Assembly: GCA_016699875.1 (NCBI GenBank) | Contig: CP064989.1 | Coordinates: 520,788 to 584,787, forward strand | Direction: 5' to 3' | Origin: Candidatus Moraniibacteriota bacterium | GTDB taxonomy: Bacteria; Patescibacteriota; Minisyncoccia; Moranbacterales; UBA1568 | DNA: 64,000 nucleotides | The notes under the pieces: generated by a model | Told to the model about the DNA's origin: nothing | The model's database searches: none | The model's input: the letters and a program-made list of their open reading frames with translations, nothing else | Program-made: the position numbers and the translations under genes | Shown: positions 9,173 to 17,923 of the stretch, piece after piece | Numbering within the stretch: position 1 is the first letter of the stretch | Layout: the number at the start of each line of letters is the position of its first letter

Positions 9173-10714
9173 ATGGTCGAAAAACCACACATATTACCTC
9201 CTCCTGTCCTCGAAATACTCGCCACTCTCGAACAGGCGGGATTCGAGGCCTTTGTCGTGGGCGGAAGCGTTCGCGATATTCTTCTCGGGCGCGAACCAAA
9301 AGACTGGGACATCACTACCAATGCCGTTCCGGAAGAAATCCAGCGCCTTTTTCCTGAGAGCTTCTATGAAAACACTTTCGGCACTGTCGGCGTAAAAGTA
9401 ACGCCCTTCATGCCCGCAGGAAAAGAAAATCGCGAAGAAGATGTGATCGAAGTCACCACCTACCGCGCCGAATCCGGCTATAACGACAAACGCCACCCCT
9501 CGAAAATCTCTTTCGTAAAAACAGTCGAAGAAGACCTTGCCCGCCGCGATTTCACCATAAACGCGATCGCTCTCTCGGCACACGGAAACCTCGTCGATCC
9601 GTTCAATGGACAGGGCGATTTGAAGCAAAAAATCATTCGCGCCGTTGGAAATCCAATCGATCGCTTTGGCGAGGATGCACTTCGTATGCTCCGCGCCGTT
9701 CGGTTCTCTGCCGAACTCCGCACACCCATGCCACTTCCCAAAGGGTCATTCATGGACCAGAGCGACTCCAGCAACGATCTTCATAAACACGCCGACTGGC
9801 ACATAGAACCTGAAACCTTTTCCGCTATTCAAGCGCACGCGGGCGACATCCGCCTCATTTCCGCCGAACGCATCTCGGATGAACTCTCCAAAATCATCCT
9901 TTCTCGGAATCCCGCCGAGGGCATCGATCTCCTTCGCATCGCCGGACTCCTCGAGTATATCGCACCGGAAATCACCAAAGGCATCGGCGTCGGGCAAAAT
10001 CTCCATCATATCTATTCCGTCTACGAGCACAACATTCGCGCCCTCGCCACCTGCCCCTCGCCGCGGCTCGACGTCCGCCTTGCCGCCCTCCTTCACGACG
10101 TGGGCAAACCCCAAACCAAGCGCGGCAATGGCTATCGCTCCACCTTCTACAACCACGATCATGTCGGTGCAAGAATCACGAGAAAACTCCTCGAGCGCCT
10201 CCGCTTCCCCGGCAAGATCATCGAAAAAGCAACGCTCCTCGTTGACAACCACCTGTTTTACTATAATGTAGGGGAAGTGACGGCCGCGTCGGTCCGCCGA
10301 CTGATCAAGCGCGTCGGGCTCGAGAACATGCGCGACCTCATGGATATCCGCATCGCCGACCGCCTCGGCTCCGGCACGCCAAAAGCGAAGCCCTACAAAC
10401 TCCGCCACCTCGAGTACATGATCGAGAAGGTTTCGAAAGACCCTGTCTCCGTCAAGATGCTCGCCATAAACGGTCGCGACCTCATGAAAACGCTCCGCTT
10501 ATCGCCCGGGCCGAAAATCGGCGCCATCCTCGACGTTCTCCTTGCCGAAGTCATCGAGGACCCGACAAGCAATACGGAAACAGCACTCCTTCGGCGAGCT
10601 GCCTCACTCAACAAGGAAGACATAAGCCGTCTCCGCATACTTGCCAAAGACCGCATCAAGGAAAAACGTGCCAAAGATGACCAAAACACCAAGCAAAAGC
10701 ACTGGGTGCAATGA
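9173..10714 (+). CDS. cca: CCA-adding tRNA nucleotidyltransferase with HD domain
   Basis: PolyA-pol head VVGGSVRDILLGREPKDWDITT, RRDFTINA motif, C-terminal HD domain (HD...LLHDVGK); start at MVEKPHIL (9173). Confidence 0.85.
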   Translation: MVEKPHILPPPVLEILATLEQAGFEAFVVGGSVRDILLGREPKDWDITTNAVPEEIQRLFPESFYENTFGTVGVKVTPFMPAGKENREEDVIEVTTYRAESGYNDKRHPSKISFVKTVEEDLARRDFTINAIALSAHGNLVDPFNGQGDLKQKIIRAVGNPIDRFGEDALRMLRAVRFSAELRTPMPLPKGSFMDQSDSSNDLHKHADWHIEPETFSAIQAHAGDIRLISAERISDELSKIILSRNPAEGIDLLRIAGLLEYIAPEITKGIGVGQNLHHIYSVYEHNIRALATCPSPRLDVRLAALLHDVGKPQTKRGNGYRSTFYNHDHVGARITRKLLERLRFPGKIIEKATLLVDNHLFYYNVGEVTAASVRRLIKRVGLENMRDLMDIRIADRLGSGTPKAKPYKLRHLEYMIEKVSKDPVSVKMLAINGRDLMKTLRLSPGPKIGAILDVLLAEVIEDPTSNTETALLRRAASLNKEDISRLRILAKDRIKEKRAKDDQNTKQKHWVQ

Positions 10715-10804
10715 ATAAAGGGAGGAGAAGCAGGGAAATCTCCCGAAAATATAGACAAAAAAAAACAGACTGCTCGACTCTGATCGAGATGACAGAAAAA
10801 GTAT

Positions 10805-10875
10805 CGGGACATAGTATACCGGTAGTACGCGCCCTTCGGGTGGGTGTAGACTGGGTTCGATTCCCAGTGTCCCGA
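10805..10875 (+). tRNA. tRNA-Pro (anticodon CGG)
   Basis: Acceptor CGGGACA/TGTCCCG, anticodon loop ttCGGgt with G37, T-loop TTCGATT, discriminator A. Confidence 0.85.
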
Positions 10876-10877
10876 CT

Positions 10878-11204
10878 ATGAAATTCGCAATCAAAGATAT
10901 CGCCGACAATCCCGTCAACCTCCTCCGGCGTGCCGGATATGCCTTTCAACGCCAAGAAAACGGGGAAATGAGTTTCATTCGTCCGCTCGCTTCCGCCGGA
11001 TACCCGCGTTTTCATATGTACACACGGCTCGAGGGAGAAGATCTTCACATAAGCTTTCACCTCGATCAGAAAAAAGAAACCTACGGCGACGACACACGCC
11101 ATCACGGCGAATACGAAGAATCCGGCGTCTTGAAAGAAGAAGCCGATCGCATCAACTCATTCCTCACCCCCGCATCCGACAGTTCCGATGTAAGCCCGAT
11201 ATAA
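10878..11204 (+). CDS. Hypothetical small protein located between two tRNA genes
   Basis: 108-aa ORF starting 3 nt after tRNA-Pro; protein-like composition; no domain recognised. Confidence 0.45.
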   Translation: MKFAIKDIADNPVNLLRRAGYAFQRQENGEMSFIRPLASAGYPRFHMYTRLEGEDLHISFHLDQKKETYGDDTRHHGEYEESGVLKEEADRINSFLTPASDSSDVSPI

Positions 11205-11227
11205 TACCTCCGGAACGGCATCCCTAC

Positions 11228-11313
11228 GCCGGGGTGGCGAAATGGCAGACGCACCAGCTTTAGGAGCTGGCGGTGGCAACACCATGGAGGTTCAAGTCCT
11301 CTCCCCGGCACCA
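11228..11313 (+). tRNA. tRNA-Leu (anticodon TAG)
   Basis: Acceptor GCCGGGG/CCCCGGC, anticodon loop ttTAGga, long variable arm, encoded CCA. Confidence 0.85.
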
Positions 11314-11336
11314 GTGAGCTCACGCATCAAACACAA

Positions 11337-11375
11337 AAAAACCGCTCCTAGATTCGGAGCGGCTTTTGTTTTTCC
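11337..11375 (+). terminator. Intrinsic terminator after tRNA-Leu
   Basis: ccgctcc-tagattc-ggagcgg hairpin followed by cttttgttttt. Confidence 0.6.
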
Positions 11376-11570
11376 ATCCACAGTTCCGACGCGCGTTAAA
11401 CTTTGTTGGCACAAAGCTCCTCAAAAGAAGAACGCGTAGGTGAGATTCAACCGGACTCGAGGAGAGAATTCGGAATATTCCGAATGCCCCGACAATTGCC
11501 GGGAATATCCAGCTCAATCATCACTACCCGCTACGCGTGGCGGAACCATGAAAAGAAACTTTTGGTCTTA

Positions 11571-11665
11571 CTTCAAAGAACCCTTGCCCCCTCGCGAATC
11601 TCTACCAACCCTCAAACTTTTTCTGGTTTGAGAATTGGATTGAGAAAACAAGGCTTGCGTAAGGC
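11571..11665. repeat. Cassette-boundary repeat R1 (ttcaaagaac... ctctaccaaccctcaaactttttctggtttgagaattggattgag)
   Basis: ~85% identical to 12866-12950 and 14906-15005; imperfect hairpin (caa-cctcaa..ttgag-aattgg). Confidence 0.8.
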
Positions 11666-11725
11666 TTTTTGTACAATCTATTTTAAAGTAGTGTAAACCA
11701 TATATTTGACTTATTTTGTGGTTTT

Positions 11726-12862
11726 GTGTACCATATAATTATGGTTTTTCAACGAAAACAATCTATACCATCATCTCTCACGGCGCATCGAGTACTGGTC
11801 ATATATGGTCCGCGCCGCGTGGGAAAGACAACACTCTTGAACGCGTACTTGGAGAGTATTCGCCCCACACAAACCGTCCTTTCGGTTGTCGGGGACGATA
11901 TCCGCATCCGCGAACTTTTTGCCTCCGAAAATCGAGATGCGCTCCTTGATTTTGCACGACCATACAACACCATTGCCATTGACGAAGCCCAGCAGGTTCC
12001 CAGTATCGGTCTCGGCGCGAAAATGCTCATTGACGCCTTCCCGGAAAAACACATTATTTTGACCGGATCGTCATCATTTGATCTCTCATCGCAGATTGGC
12101 GAACCATTGACCGGTCGCCACTTTACCCTGACGCTTCTCCCATTGGCACAGTCCGAAATACAAGCAACACACTTCGAGCTGTCCGGCACACTCGAGCAAT
12201 TTCTCCGGTACGGTTCCTATCCCGAGGTGTTGATTGCACCCGATTCCGCCTCGCGAGAACGGATCTTGAACGAACTCGTTTCATCGTATCTCTACAAGGA
12301 CGTACTCGCGCTCGACAAAATCAAATCTCCGGACCTCTTGCGCGACATCGCCCGCATGATCGCTTTTCAAATCGGATCAGAAGTCTCGCTCAATGAGATA
12401 GCGATCTCGGTCAAAACCGATATCAAAACCGTCGCCCGATACCTTGATCTTCTCGAAAAAATGTTCGTCATCAGGAAAGTGCGAGGATTCAGCCGAAACC
12501 TTCGAAACGAAATTACCAAAAAGGCGAAATACTACTTTCTCGATCTCGGAGTGCGAAACGCCGTCATTGGTCGATTCGTTCCCCTCTCAAACCGCGACGA
12601 TATCGGCGCGCTCTGGGAGAACTTCGTCTTCATGGAACTCGCCAAGCAAAGCGGCTTCGCCGACATGGCGGACAGCTACTTCTTTTGGCGAACACACACC
12701 GGCGTCGAAATTGATATCATTCGCGAATCTCAAGACGCGATCGAAGCCATAGAGTGCAAGTGGAACAAAGACGCGCGCATCCCAAAGACATGGCGCGACG
12801 CCTATCCGAACAGCACATTCAAGACCATCAATCGAAATAACTACCTCAGTCAATTTGCCTAG
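11726..12862 (+). CDS. AAA-family ATP-binding protein with DUF4143-like C-terminal domain
   Basis: Walker A VIYGPRRVGKTTLL, Walker B IAIDEAQ; architecture of the widespread AAA_14/DUF4143 ATPase family. Confidence 0.8.
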   Translation: MYHIIMVFQRKQSIPSSLTAHRVLVIYGPRRVGKTTLLNAYLESIRPTQTVLSVVGDDIRIRELFASENRDALLDFARPYNTIAIDEAQQVPSIGLGAKMLIDAFPEKHIILTGSSSFDLSSQIGEPLTGRHFTLTLLPLAQSEIQATHFELSGTLEQFLRYGSYPEVLIAPDSASRERILNELVSSYLYKDVLALDKIKSPDLLRDIARMIAFQIGSEVSLNEIAISVKTDIKTVARYLDLLEKMFVIRKVRGFSRNLRNEITKKAKYYFLDLGVRNAVIGRFVPLSNRDDIGALWENFVFMELAKQSGFADMADSYFFWRTHTGVEIDIIRESQDAIEAIECKWNKDARIPKTWRDAYPNSTFKTINRNNYLSQFA

Positions 12863-12865
12863 CAT

Positions 12866-12950
12866 TTCAAAGAACTCTATTCCTCTTTTCGCTGATCTCT
12901 ACCAATCCTCAAGCTTTTTCAAGTTGAGAATTGGATTGAGAGAGGGTTGA
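12866..12950. repeat. Cassette-boundary repeat R2
   Basis: ttcaaagaactc...ctctaccaatcctcaagctttttcaagttgagaattggattgagagaggg; begins 4 nt after stop of the ATPase gene. Confidence 0.8.
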
Positions 12951-13025
12951 CCATATTCGCGATAAGCACCCTCAGAACTTATCGCAAAGCGCGTGAGAAT
13001 CTGGGGCACGCGCACCCGTTTTTCA

Positions 13026-13202
13026 TTAGTCTCGAATCCTTTCGGGACTGACAGTGTACTGCCAATCCATGGCAAGCACCTCGGCTTCCTGCCGAGTGTA
13101 AGCCAGACGATACCCGTCCGGCTCGCAGACAGTGGAGCCCGTCAGAGCTCCACACATCCGCCGCCCGCAATACGGGCACTTCGGAAGATTTTCATTTTGC
13201 AT
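13026..13202 (-). CDS. Putative 58-aa zinc-ribbon protein
   Basis: My own translation (below 60-aa cutoff of ORF track): MQNENLPKCPYCGRRMCGALTGSTVCEPDGYRLAYTRQEAEVLAMDWQYTVSPERIRD; CxxC...C...C pattern. Confidence 0.3.
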   Translation of the reverse strand: MQNENLPKCPYCGRRMCGALTGSTVCEPDGYRLAYTRQEAEVLAMDWQYTVSPERIRD

Positions 13203-13328
13203 TCCCCTCTCCTTTATCTATAATTTTCGAAAAAGTCACTCTACCGACCAGCAAGCGCTCTGCTTGCATTTCGGATAAAGCGGGGGAAGAGTTTTCAACC
13301 ATGAATACCCCTCCCCTTTGTAACCTTA

Positions 13329-14024
13329 CTACCCACCCGTTCCAAAAAGGGCGTCGGTGGTACTGGCACAAAGCGATTGCGCCTTACACCGAATCATATA
13401 CCGCTTGAAGTGGCGGCCGACTTTGGTTTTCGGCGACTCGCCAGCAAGGACGCCGCGCACGTCAGTCACTTCCGCTTCGTTAAGCAGGCACGATCCAGAA
13501 TTTGCGCCTCTACTCCACGATCCCCAGCCCTCAAGAACATTGCCATTCTTGTCGAGCAAGAAGTTATACGAGGACTCGGATCCTCCTATACGGGCAACCG
13601 CCTGAGGGTGAGGTCTGTACGAACACGTACCCTTGGCGAAGCAGACTTGGGGCATTGCCTTCCGTGCCATCCGGGCACGATAGTCAATGATCCCTTGCAC
13701 CACCGGGATGTGGCCGAGTTGGTTTACTATTTCTGCCCAAATCGCCTCATCGGCGATTTGACCGTGGGTATCGTCGCAGATACTCACATACTCCTTCTGG
13801 AGTTTCTCCACCTCAAACGCCCTCCTGTCCACAAAACAACCTCCCAACCTTTCACGGGGGTTCAGCCAATTCCACCGACCGTTCAGGAGAAAGAATACAT
13901 GGTACCTGGTGGTACCAAATCCGTTTTCATCCGTGGCGAAGACGAGATTGTCCACAGGGACGACATCGCCAATAACAAACCTCTCCGACATGGGCTGGAC
14001 TACCGCTATACAAAACCTATTTTG
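13329..14024 (-). CDS. Hypothetical protein
   Basis: MKAQNRFCIAVVQPMSERFVIGDVVPVDNLVFATDENGFGTTRYHVFF...; protein-like composition, chosen over the fully overlapping plus-strand 226-aa ORF; the C-terminal ~60 aa are low-complexity and may be over-extension. Confidence 0.4.
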   Translation of the reverse strand, partial: QNRFCIAVVQPMSERFVIGDVVPVDNLVFATDENGFGTTRYHVFFLLNGRWNWLNPRERLGGCFVDRRAFEVEKLQKEYVSICDDTHGQIADEAIWAEIVNQLGHIPVVQGIIDYRARMARKAMPQVCFAKGTCSYRPHPQAVARIGGSESSYNFLLDKNGNVLEGWGSWSRGANSGSCLLNEAEVTDVRGVLAGESPKTKVGRHFKRYMIRCKAQSLCASTTDALFGTGG

Positions 14025-14393
14025 AGCTTTCATGATAACCCCCTTAAGAGGTGTTGAGCATAGTTCCGTGCTTATCAGGCACGAGCGGTCTGAGCCACTT
14101 TCGTGGCGGTCTGAATTTTCGCACCGATACTGCCAAGCGCGTTTCTGTTCACGTTTTTCACGAATAATCTGAATCAGAAATGCACTCAGCAATTCAATTT
14201 GAAAACCCAGTGCCATACTTCAAAGAACTTTCCTATCCCGCACGCCGTACTCATGGTGCGGGATCACTCTACTGACCAAGAAGCACTTGCTTCCCTGTCA
14301 GATAAAGCGGGAGAGTTTGTACCGAAGTACTCTCCCAAGCTCCAACCTATTTGTTCAGTCCCATCGATCGGTCACACCGACGAGACTTTTGAA

Positions 14394-14768
14394 TCAGCCT
14401 TCCAAGATTGACTGGTACTTCCGACCATCCTTGGCAGTAGGCCACCGACCCGTAAGCCGACGAAACCTAATCCCGTCCGCGTTGGGGATGGTCCCCGCCA
14501 GGTACCCCTTGTACCTAGCGAAAGTCCTAGCACAGCTGAGTGCTGGGGCATTCCATGCCCCCGCAGGGAAGCGAGACAAACCATCTAACTTCCATGCAAC
14601 TTTCTCAAGCTCCCTTGCCATCTTGGCACTCTCGAAATCCCTTTCTTTGAAGAACCGGTTCGCCGCTCTCAACAGAAGCGGATACTCTAGGGCACTCGCG
14701 CCCTGACGGCGGAGCCTGCGTACCATTGTCGAGACTTTCTTATACTTCTCTTTCGCGGTCATAGTCAT
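14394..14768 (-). CDS. Hypothetical protein
   Basis: 124-aa ORF with AGGAGA SD 7 nt upstream of ATG; basic, no domain recognised. Confidence 0.5.
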   Translation of the reverse strand: MTMTAKEKYKKVSTMVRRLRRQGASALEYPLLLRAANRFFKERDFESAKMARELEKVAWKLDGLSRFPAGAWNAPALSCARTFARYKGYLAGTIPNADGIRFRRLTGRWPTAKDGRKYQSILEG

Positions 14769-14905
14769 GGCAATTCTCCTGAATTACCCCATCAGCGACA
14801 TGCTAATGGGGACCGAGATTCGGCACACAACTTTGGAAATACTTTCCAAAACTCCGTGCCGAAACCCGAAATAAGAGAATTCCATGCCAAACTAAGCTGA
14901 AATAT

Positions 14906-15005
14906 TTCAAAGAACTTGTCCTCTACCAATCCTCAAGCTTTTTCAAGTTGAGAATTGGATTGAGAGAGGGATTGCGTAAAACCTTGCAATCCCTCTTGTT
15001 CCCGC
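14906..15005. repeat. Cassette-boundary repeat R3 plus adjacent perfect 10-bp-stem hairpin (gagggattgc..gcaatccctc)
   Basis: ttcaaagaacttgtcctctaccaatcctcaagctttttcaagttgagaattggattgagagaggg, near-identical to R2. Confidence 0.8.
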
Positions 15006-15030
15006 CGAGTGAGCTTGGCGGGTTAAAAAA

Positions 15031-15357
15031 TCAGGCTATGATGGCCAGGTCCGTTTCCTTCCAGAAGAATTCGTGCTGCTCTTCCGTTACCTGGCCGCGA
15101 ACGAGAGCCTTTGCTCCCCTATGCGGAAACGGAAACCCTAGCCAAACCTCCTGCCCTGCCTCGTAGGGTATCACCCTCCCTACGCGGTATTCCCCATGCT
15201 CGCCCTCGTGCACCTGGGATTCCGACACTAGTTTTGCCACCTCCAAGCTTTGCGTTAAGCAGAGCACGTAGAGATAGCCGTCATTTGATCGCGCTTCAAC
15301 TGCGTACACTTCAACTGCGTAATGGATAAATTTTCCAGCTATAGTCAGGTGGTGCAT
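15031..15357 (-). CDS. Hypothetical protein
   Basis: Start placed at MHHLTIAGK (ATG 15355-15357) which has GAGGAG SD; 108 aa. Confidence 0.45.
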   Translation of the reverse strand: MHHLTIAGKFIHYAVEVYAVEARSNDGYLYVLCLTQSLEVAKLVSESQVHEGEHGEYRVGRVIPYEAGQEVWLGFPFPHRGAKALVRGQVTEEQHEFFWKETDLAIIA

Positions 15358-16168
15358 GGTTTTCTCCTCGTCGAAAAATTGGTTAAAAACATTCGGATAC
15401 AACAGAGAAGTTTCTACGAACAGAACTTGCTTTCGTACACCTCTCTCTGCTGCACCGAACATTCTCTTCCCTTTCCTCAAAGAAGAAATTCGCAAACTAT
15501 CTGATTGTCCGCCAACTGGCGGATTTCAAAGAACTCTCCTCACTCACAACGCAAGAGCATTGCGGCGAGAATGATGAGGGGTGAAAATTGATATACCGGT
15601 CTCCTCTAAAAAATGAGACGGTCCCTCCTCATCATTCCGGCAACAAAATACGGGCGGCGCTGTCTACGGCTCGGCACTTCCTCAGAAGAAGATGAGAGTC
15701 ATACACAGCGCCGCCCGTTGGAATACGAAATACCAATACTGCGGACTTGCCTGTTTCTCTCCTCTTCCGTTCCCCGGGTGCCACCCCAGAGAAGACTTGT
15801 TGCAAAACACAATATTTCAATGTACCTCAATCGTTAACACCGGAGTATAGCATGCTGCCAACTGTTTGTCAATATTCTAAGACAAATTATTGGCACACCG
15901 AAGGCTTATCCACGGCATTCTTGGCACATATCCATACTTTTATGGCTTGTCTACGTGCCAACACAGAACTCAATAGTACGGCTTATTTTGACGACATTAT
16001 TGGACACATGGCTTCGGTTTTATAGTTGAACAGTGGAAAGATACTGACGATTCAAAATCCCGTCCCACCGCAGAGAAATTTGACAAATCTATAATTTTCT
16101 GTTTATATATACTGTCCATCACGGACACGCAGTAACTTCCCAACCCAACAAAGCCTCAAGGAGGCACC

Positions 16169-16630
16169 ATGAAAACGACCACTTCGAAGTCTTATCTATT
16201 CGCCTTCCTCGTAGCACTTGCCTTAACCATCAGCGCATGCTCGCGCGCAGAAGAACACATATTCAAAGCGGAAGAGGCTCCGCTTTGGCTCAAAGTCGAA
16301 GGTCCATTGTCAGCGGACGCATTCTTCGCGGGAACAATCGTTCACATAAGCGTGAATGGCGCAGACTTCCACAACATGGAGGTATTACGGGTCGAAGCAA
16401 GTCATCAGGATTTTGAAAAATCTCCCAGTTTCATAGACCGTGTAGTAATTGACCTTGTAAACTGGCATGATGGCGCCCGATACACCCTCTATTTCGCAAC
16501 CCTCCACTTTAATCGCGAGCCAACAATGGCATCGAGGTTCAACAGTGTATCATTCAAAGGGTACCCTGATTGCCCTGATGGCATCTGCTCTCTTAAAGAG
16601 ATCCAGACGCGCCATCGCGTAAGTTTCTGA
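16169..16630 (+). CDS. Hypothetical lipoprotein
   Basis: AAGGAGG SD; signal peptide with lipobox LTISAC; 153 aa. Confidence 0.7.
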   Translation: MKTTTSKSYLFAFLVALALTISACSRAEEHIFKAEEAPLWLKVEGPLSADAFFAGTIVHISVNGADFHNMEVLRVEASHQDFEKSPSFIDRVVIDLVNWHDGARYTLYFATLHFNREPTMASRFNSVSFKGYPDCPDGICSLKEIQTRHRVSF

Positions 16631-16685
16631 TCGCCCCGCGCCGAGCTCACAAGAGACTCGGCGCTTTTATTCCGGAAAAACAAAC

Positions 16686-16725
16686 GGGCGGGATTCCACA
16701 TCCCGCCCTGCTTTTATTTCTGTCC
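16686..16725. terminator. Bidirectional intrinsic terminator between convergent lipoprotein gene and nrdB
   Basis: gggcgggat-tccac-atcccgccc perfect hairpin flanked by T-runs on both strands. Confidence 0.6.
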
Positions 16726-16767
16726 CATTCTCATCCTGAAATCCCCCGAATCAAGGTTCGGACATTC

Positions 16768-17802
16768 CTACCACTCAAGCGCTCCGCCCACTTTATACTC
16801 CGTGACGCGCGTCTCAAAGAAGTTCTTCTCTTTCGAGAGGTCCACCGCTTCGCTCATCCATGGAAACGGATTTTCCGCATGGTACTGTACCGGCAATCCC
16901 ACACGCTCGAGACGTCGATCGGCAACATGCTCGATATATTGTTTGAACCCTTCGGCATTCATGCCGAAAATGCCCCGCGGAAAAACTTCCTGCGCAAAGG
17001 TATACTCCAATACTACCGCCTTTCTGATGAGATCTACGATGTGCCGCTGAAATTCCGGTGTCCAGAGTTCCGGTTGCTCCTCCTTTATCGCGTTAATCAT
17101 GTTGATGCCAAAGTTCAAGTGCTGAGACTCGTCGCGCATAATATACTGAATTTGTTCGGCACTTCCTGGCATTTTGTTCTGCCGCTGAAAGCCAAACATC
17201 ACCGCAAACGAGCTATAGAAGAAAATTCCCTCGAGAATCAGCGAAAACACCGCCATATTTTCGAGGAATTTCTGATCAGCGGCAAGAGTGCCGGTCTTGA
17301 AATTTTGATCGAAAATACCCTCATTAAATGAGAGGATGAATTCGTCTTTGTTGTAGATAGCCTCCACCTCGCGATACATATTGAAGATCTCGCTTTCATC
17401 AAGCCCGAGAGATTCCACAATATACTGATACGAATGCGTATGTATCGCCTCTTCATATCCCTGTCGTAAGAGGTACATGCGACACTCCGGACTCGTGATA
17501 TGCCGATAGAACGCCAAGACAACATTGTTTGCCGCAATGGAGTCGGCTGTCGTGAAAAACCCCAAGACCGTCTTCAGCGCCTTTCGTTCATCGTCCGAGA
17601 GTACATCGCGCGCCTTCCACTGTTCGATATCCTTCTGCATGCTAATTTCTGTCGGCAGCCAGTGATTGGCATTTCCCACATTGTACGCTTCCCATGCGAA
17701 GGTGTGGCGCATCGGGTAGAGCTGCATCACATCGGCGTCTCCCCCATTTATCACCCGGCGCTTATTGATATCCACCGGCTTCGCTCCCTTTTGTATTGGC
17801 AT
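16768..17802 (-). CDS. nrdB: Ribonucleotide reductase class Ia small (beta) subunit
   Basis: Di-iron/tyrosyl radical ferritin-like fold motifs (EAIHTHSYQYI, FYSSFA, EGIFFY); start at MPIQKG (17802) because upstream extension is the REP-like repeat. Confidence 0.9.
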   Translation of the reverse strand: MPIQKGAKPVDINKRRVINGGDADVMQLYPMRHTFAWEAYNVGNANHWLPTEISMQKDIEQWKARDVLSDDERKALKTVLGFFTTADSIAANNVVLAFYRHITSPECRMYLLRQGYEEAIHTHSYQYIVESLGLDESEIFNMYREVEAIYNKDEFILSFNEGIFDQNFKTGTLAADQKFLENMAVFSLILEGIFFYSSFAVMFGFQRQNKMPGSAEQIQYIMRDESQHLNFGINMINAIKEEQPELWTPEFQRHIVDLIRKAVVLEYTFAQEVFPRGIFGMNAEGFKQYIEHVADRRLERVGLPVQYHAENPFPWMSEAVDLSKEKNFFETRVTEYKVGGALEW

Positions 17803-17853
17803 AAAAGTAGAATTCTGAATGTAGTGTCTCTCACTTGCGAACGACTGGTGCTT

Positions 17854-17879
17854 GTCATTCCCGCCTTCGCGAGAATGAC
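17854..17879. repeat. REP-like palindromic element copy 3 (gtcattcccgccttcgcgagaatgac) in nrdA-nrdB spacer
   Basis: Variant of the 2012/2428 element; self-complementary arms gtcattc/gaatgac. Confidence 0.75.
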
Positions 17880-17923
17880 GCAAGAAGGAAAACTTTTTAT
17901 CTCGCACAAGGCAATAAATTTCC

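Noticed and set aside
11440-11631. 63-aa ORF upstream of the ATPase gene
   Set aside because: Runs through cassette repeat R1; sequence is repeat-derived
13377-14057. 226-aa plus-strand ORF fully overlapping the 13329-14024 minus-strand ORF
   Set aside because: Minus-strand frame is more protein-like (KLQKEYVSICDDTHGQIADEAIWAEIVNQLGH) and has an in-context start; only one can be real and the call remains low-confidence
15600-16168. Sigma-54-like TGGCAC motifs (three copies)
   Set aside because: None is followed by the required TTGC -12 element at the correct spacing
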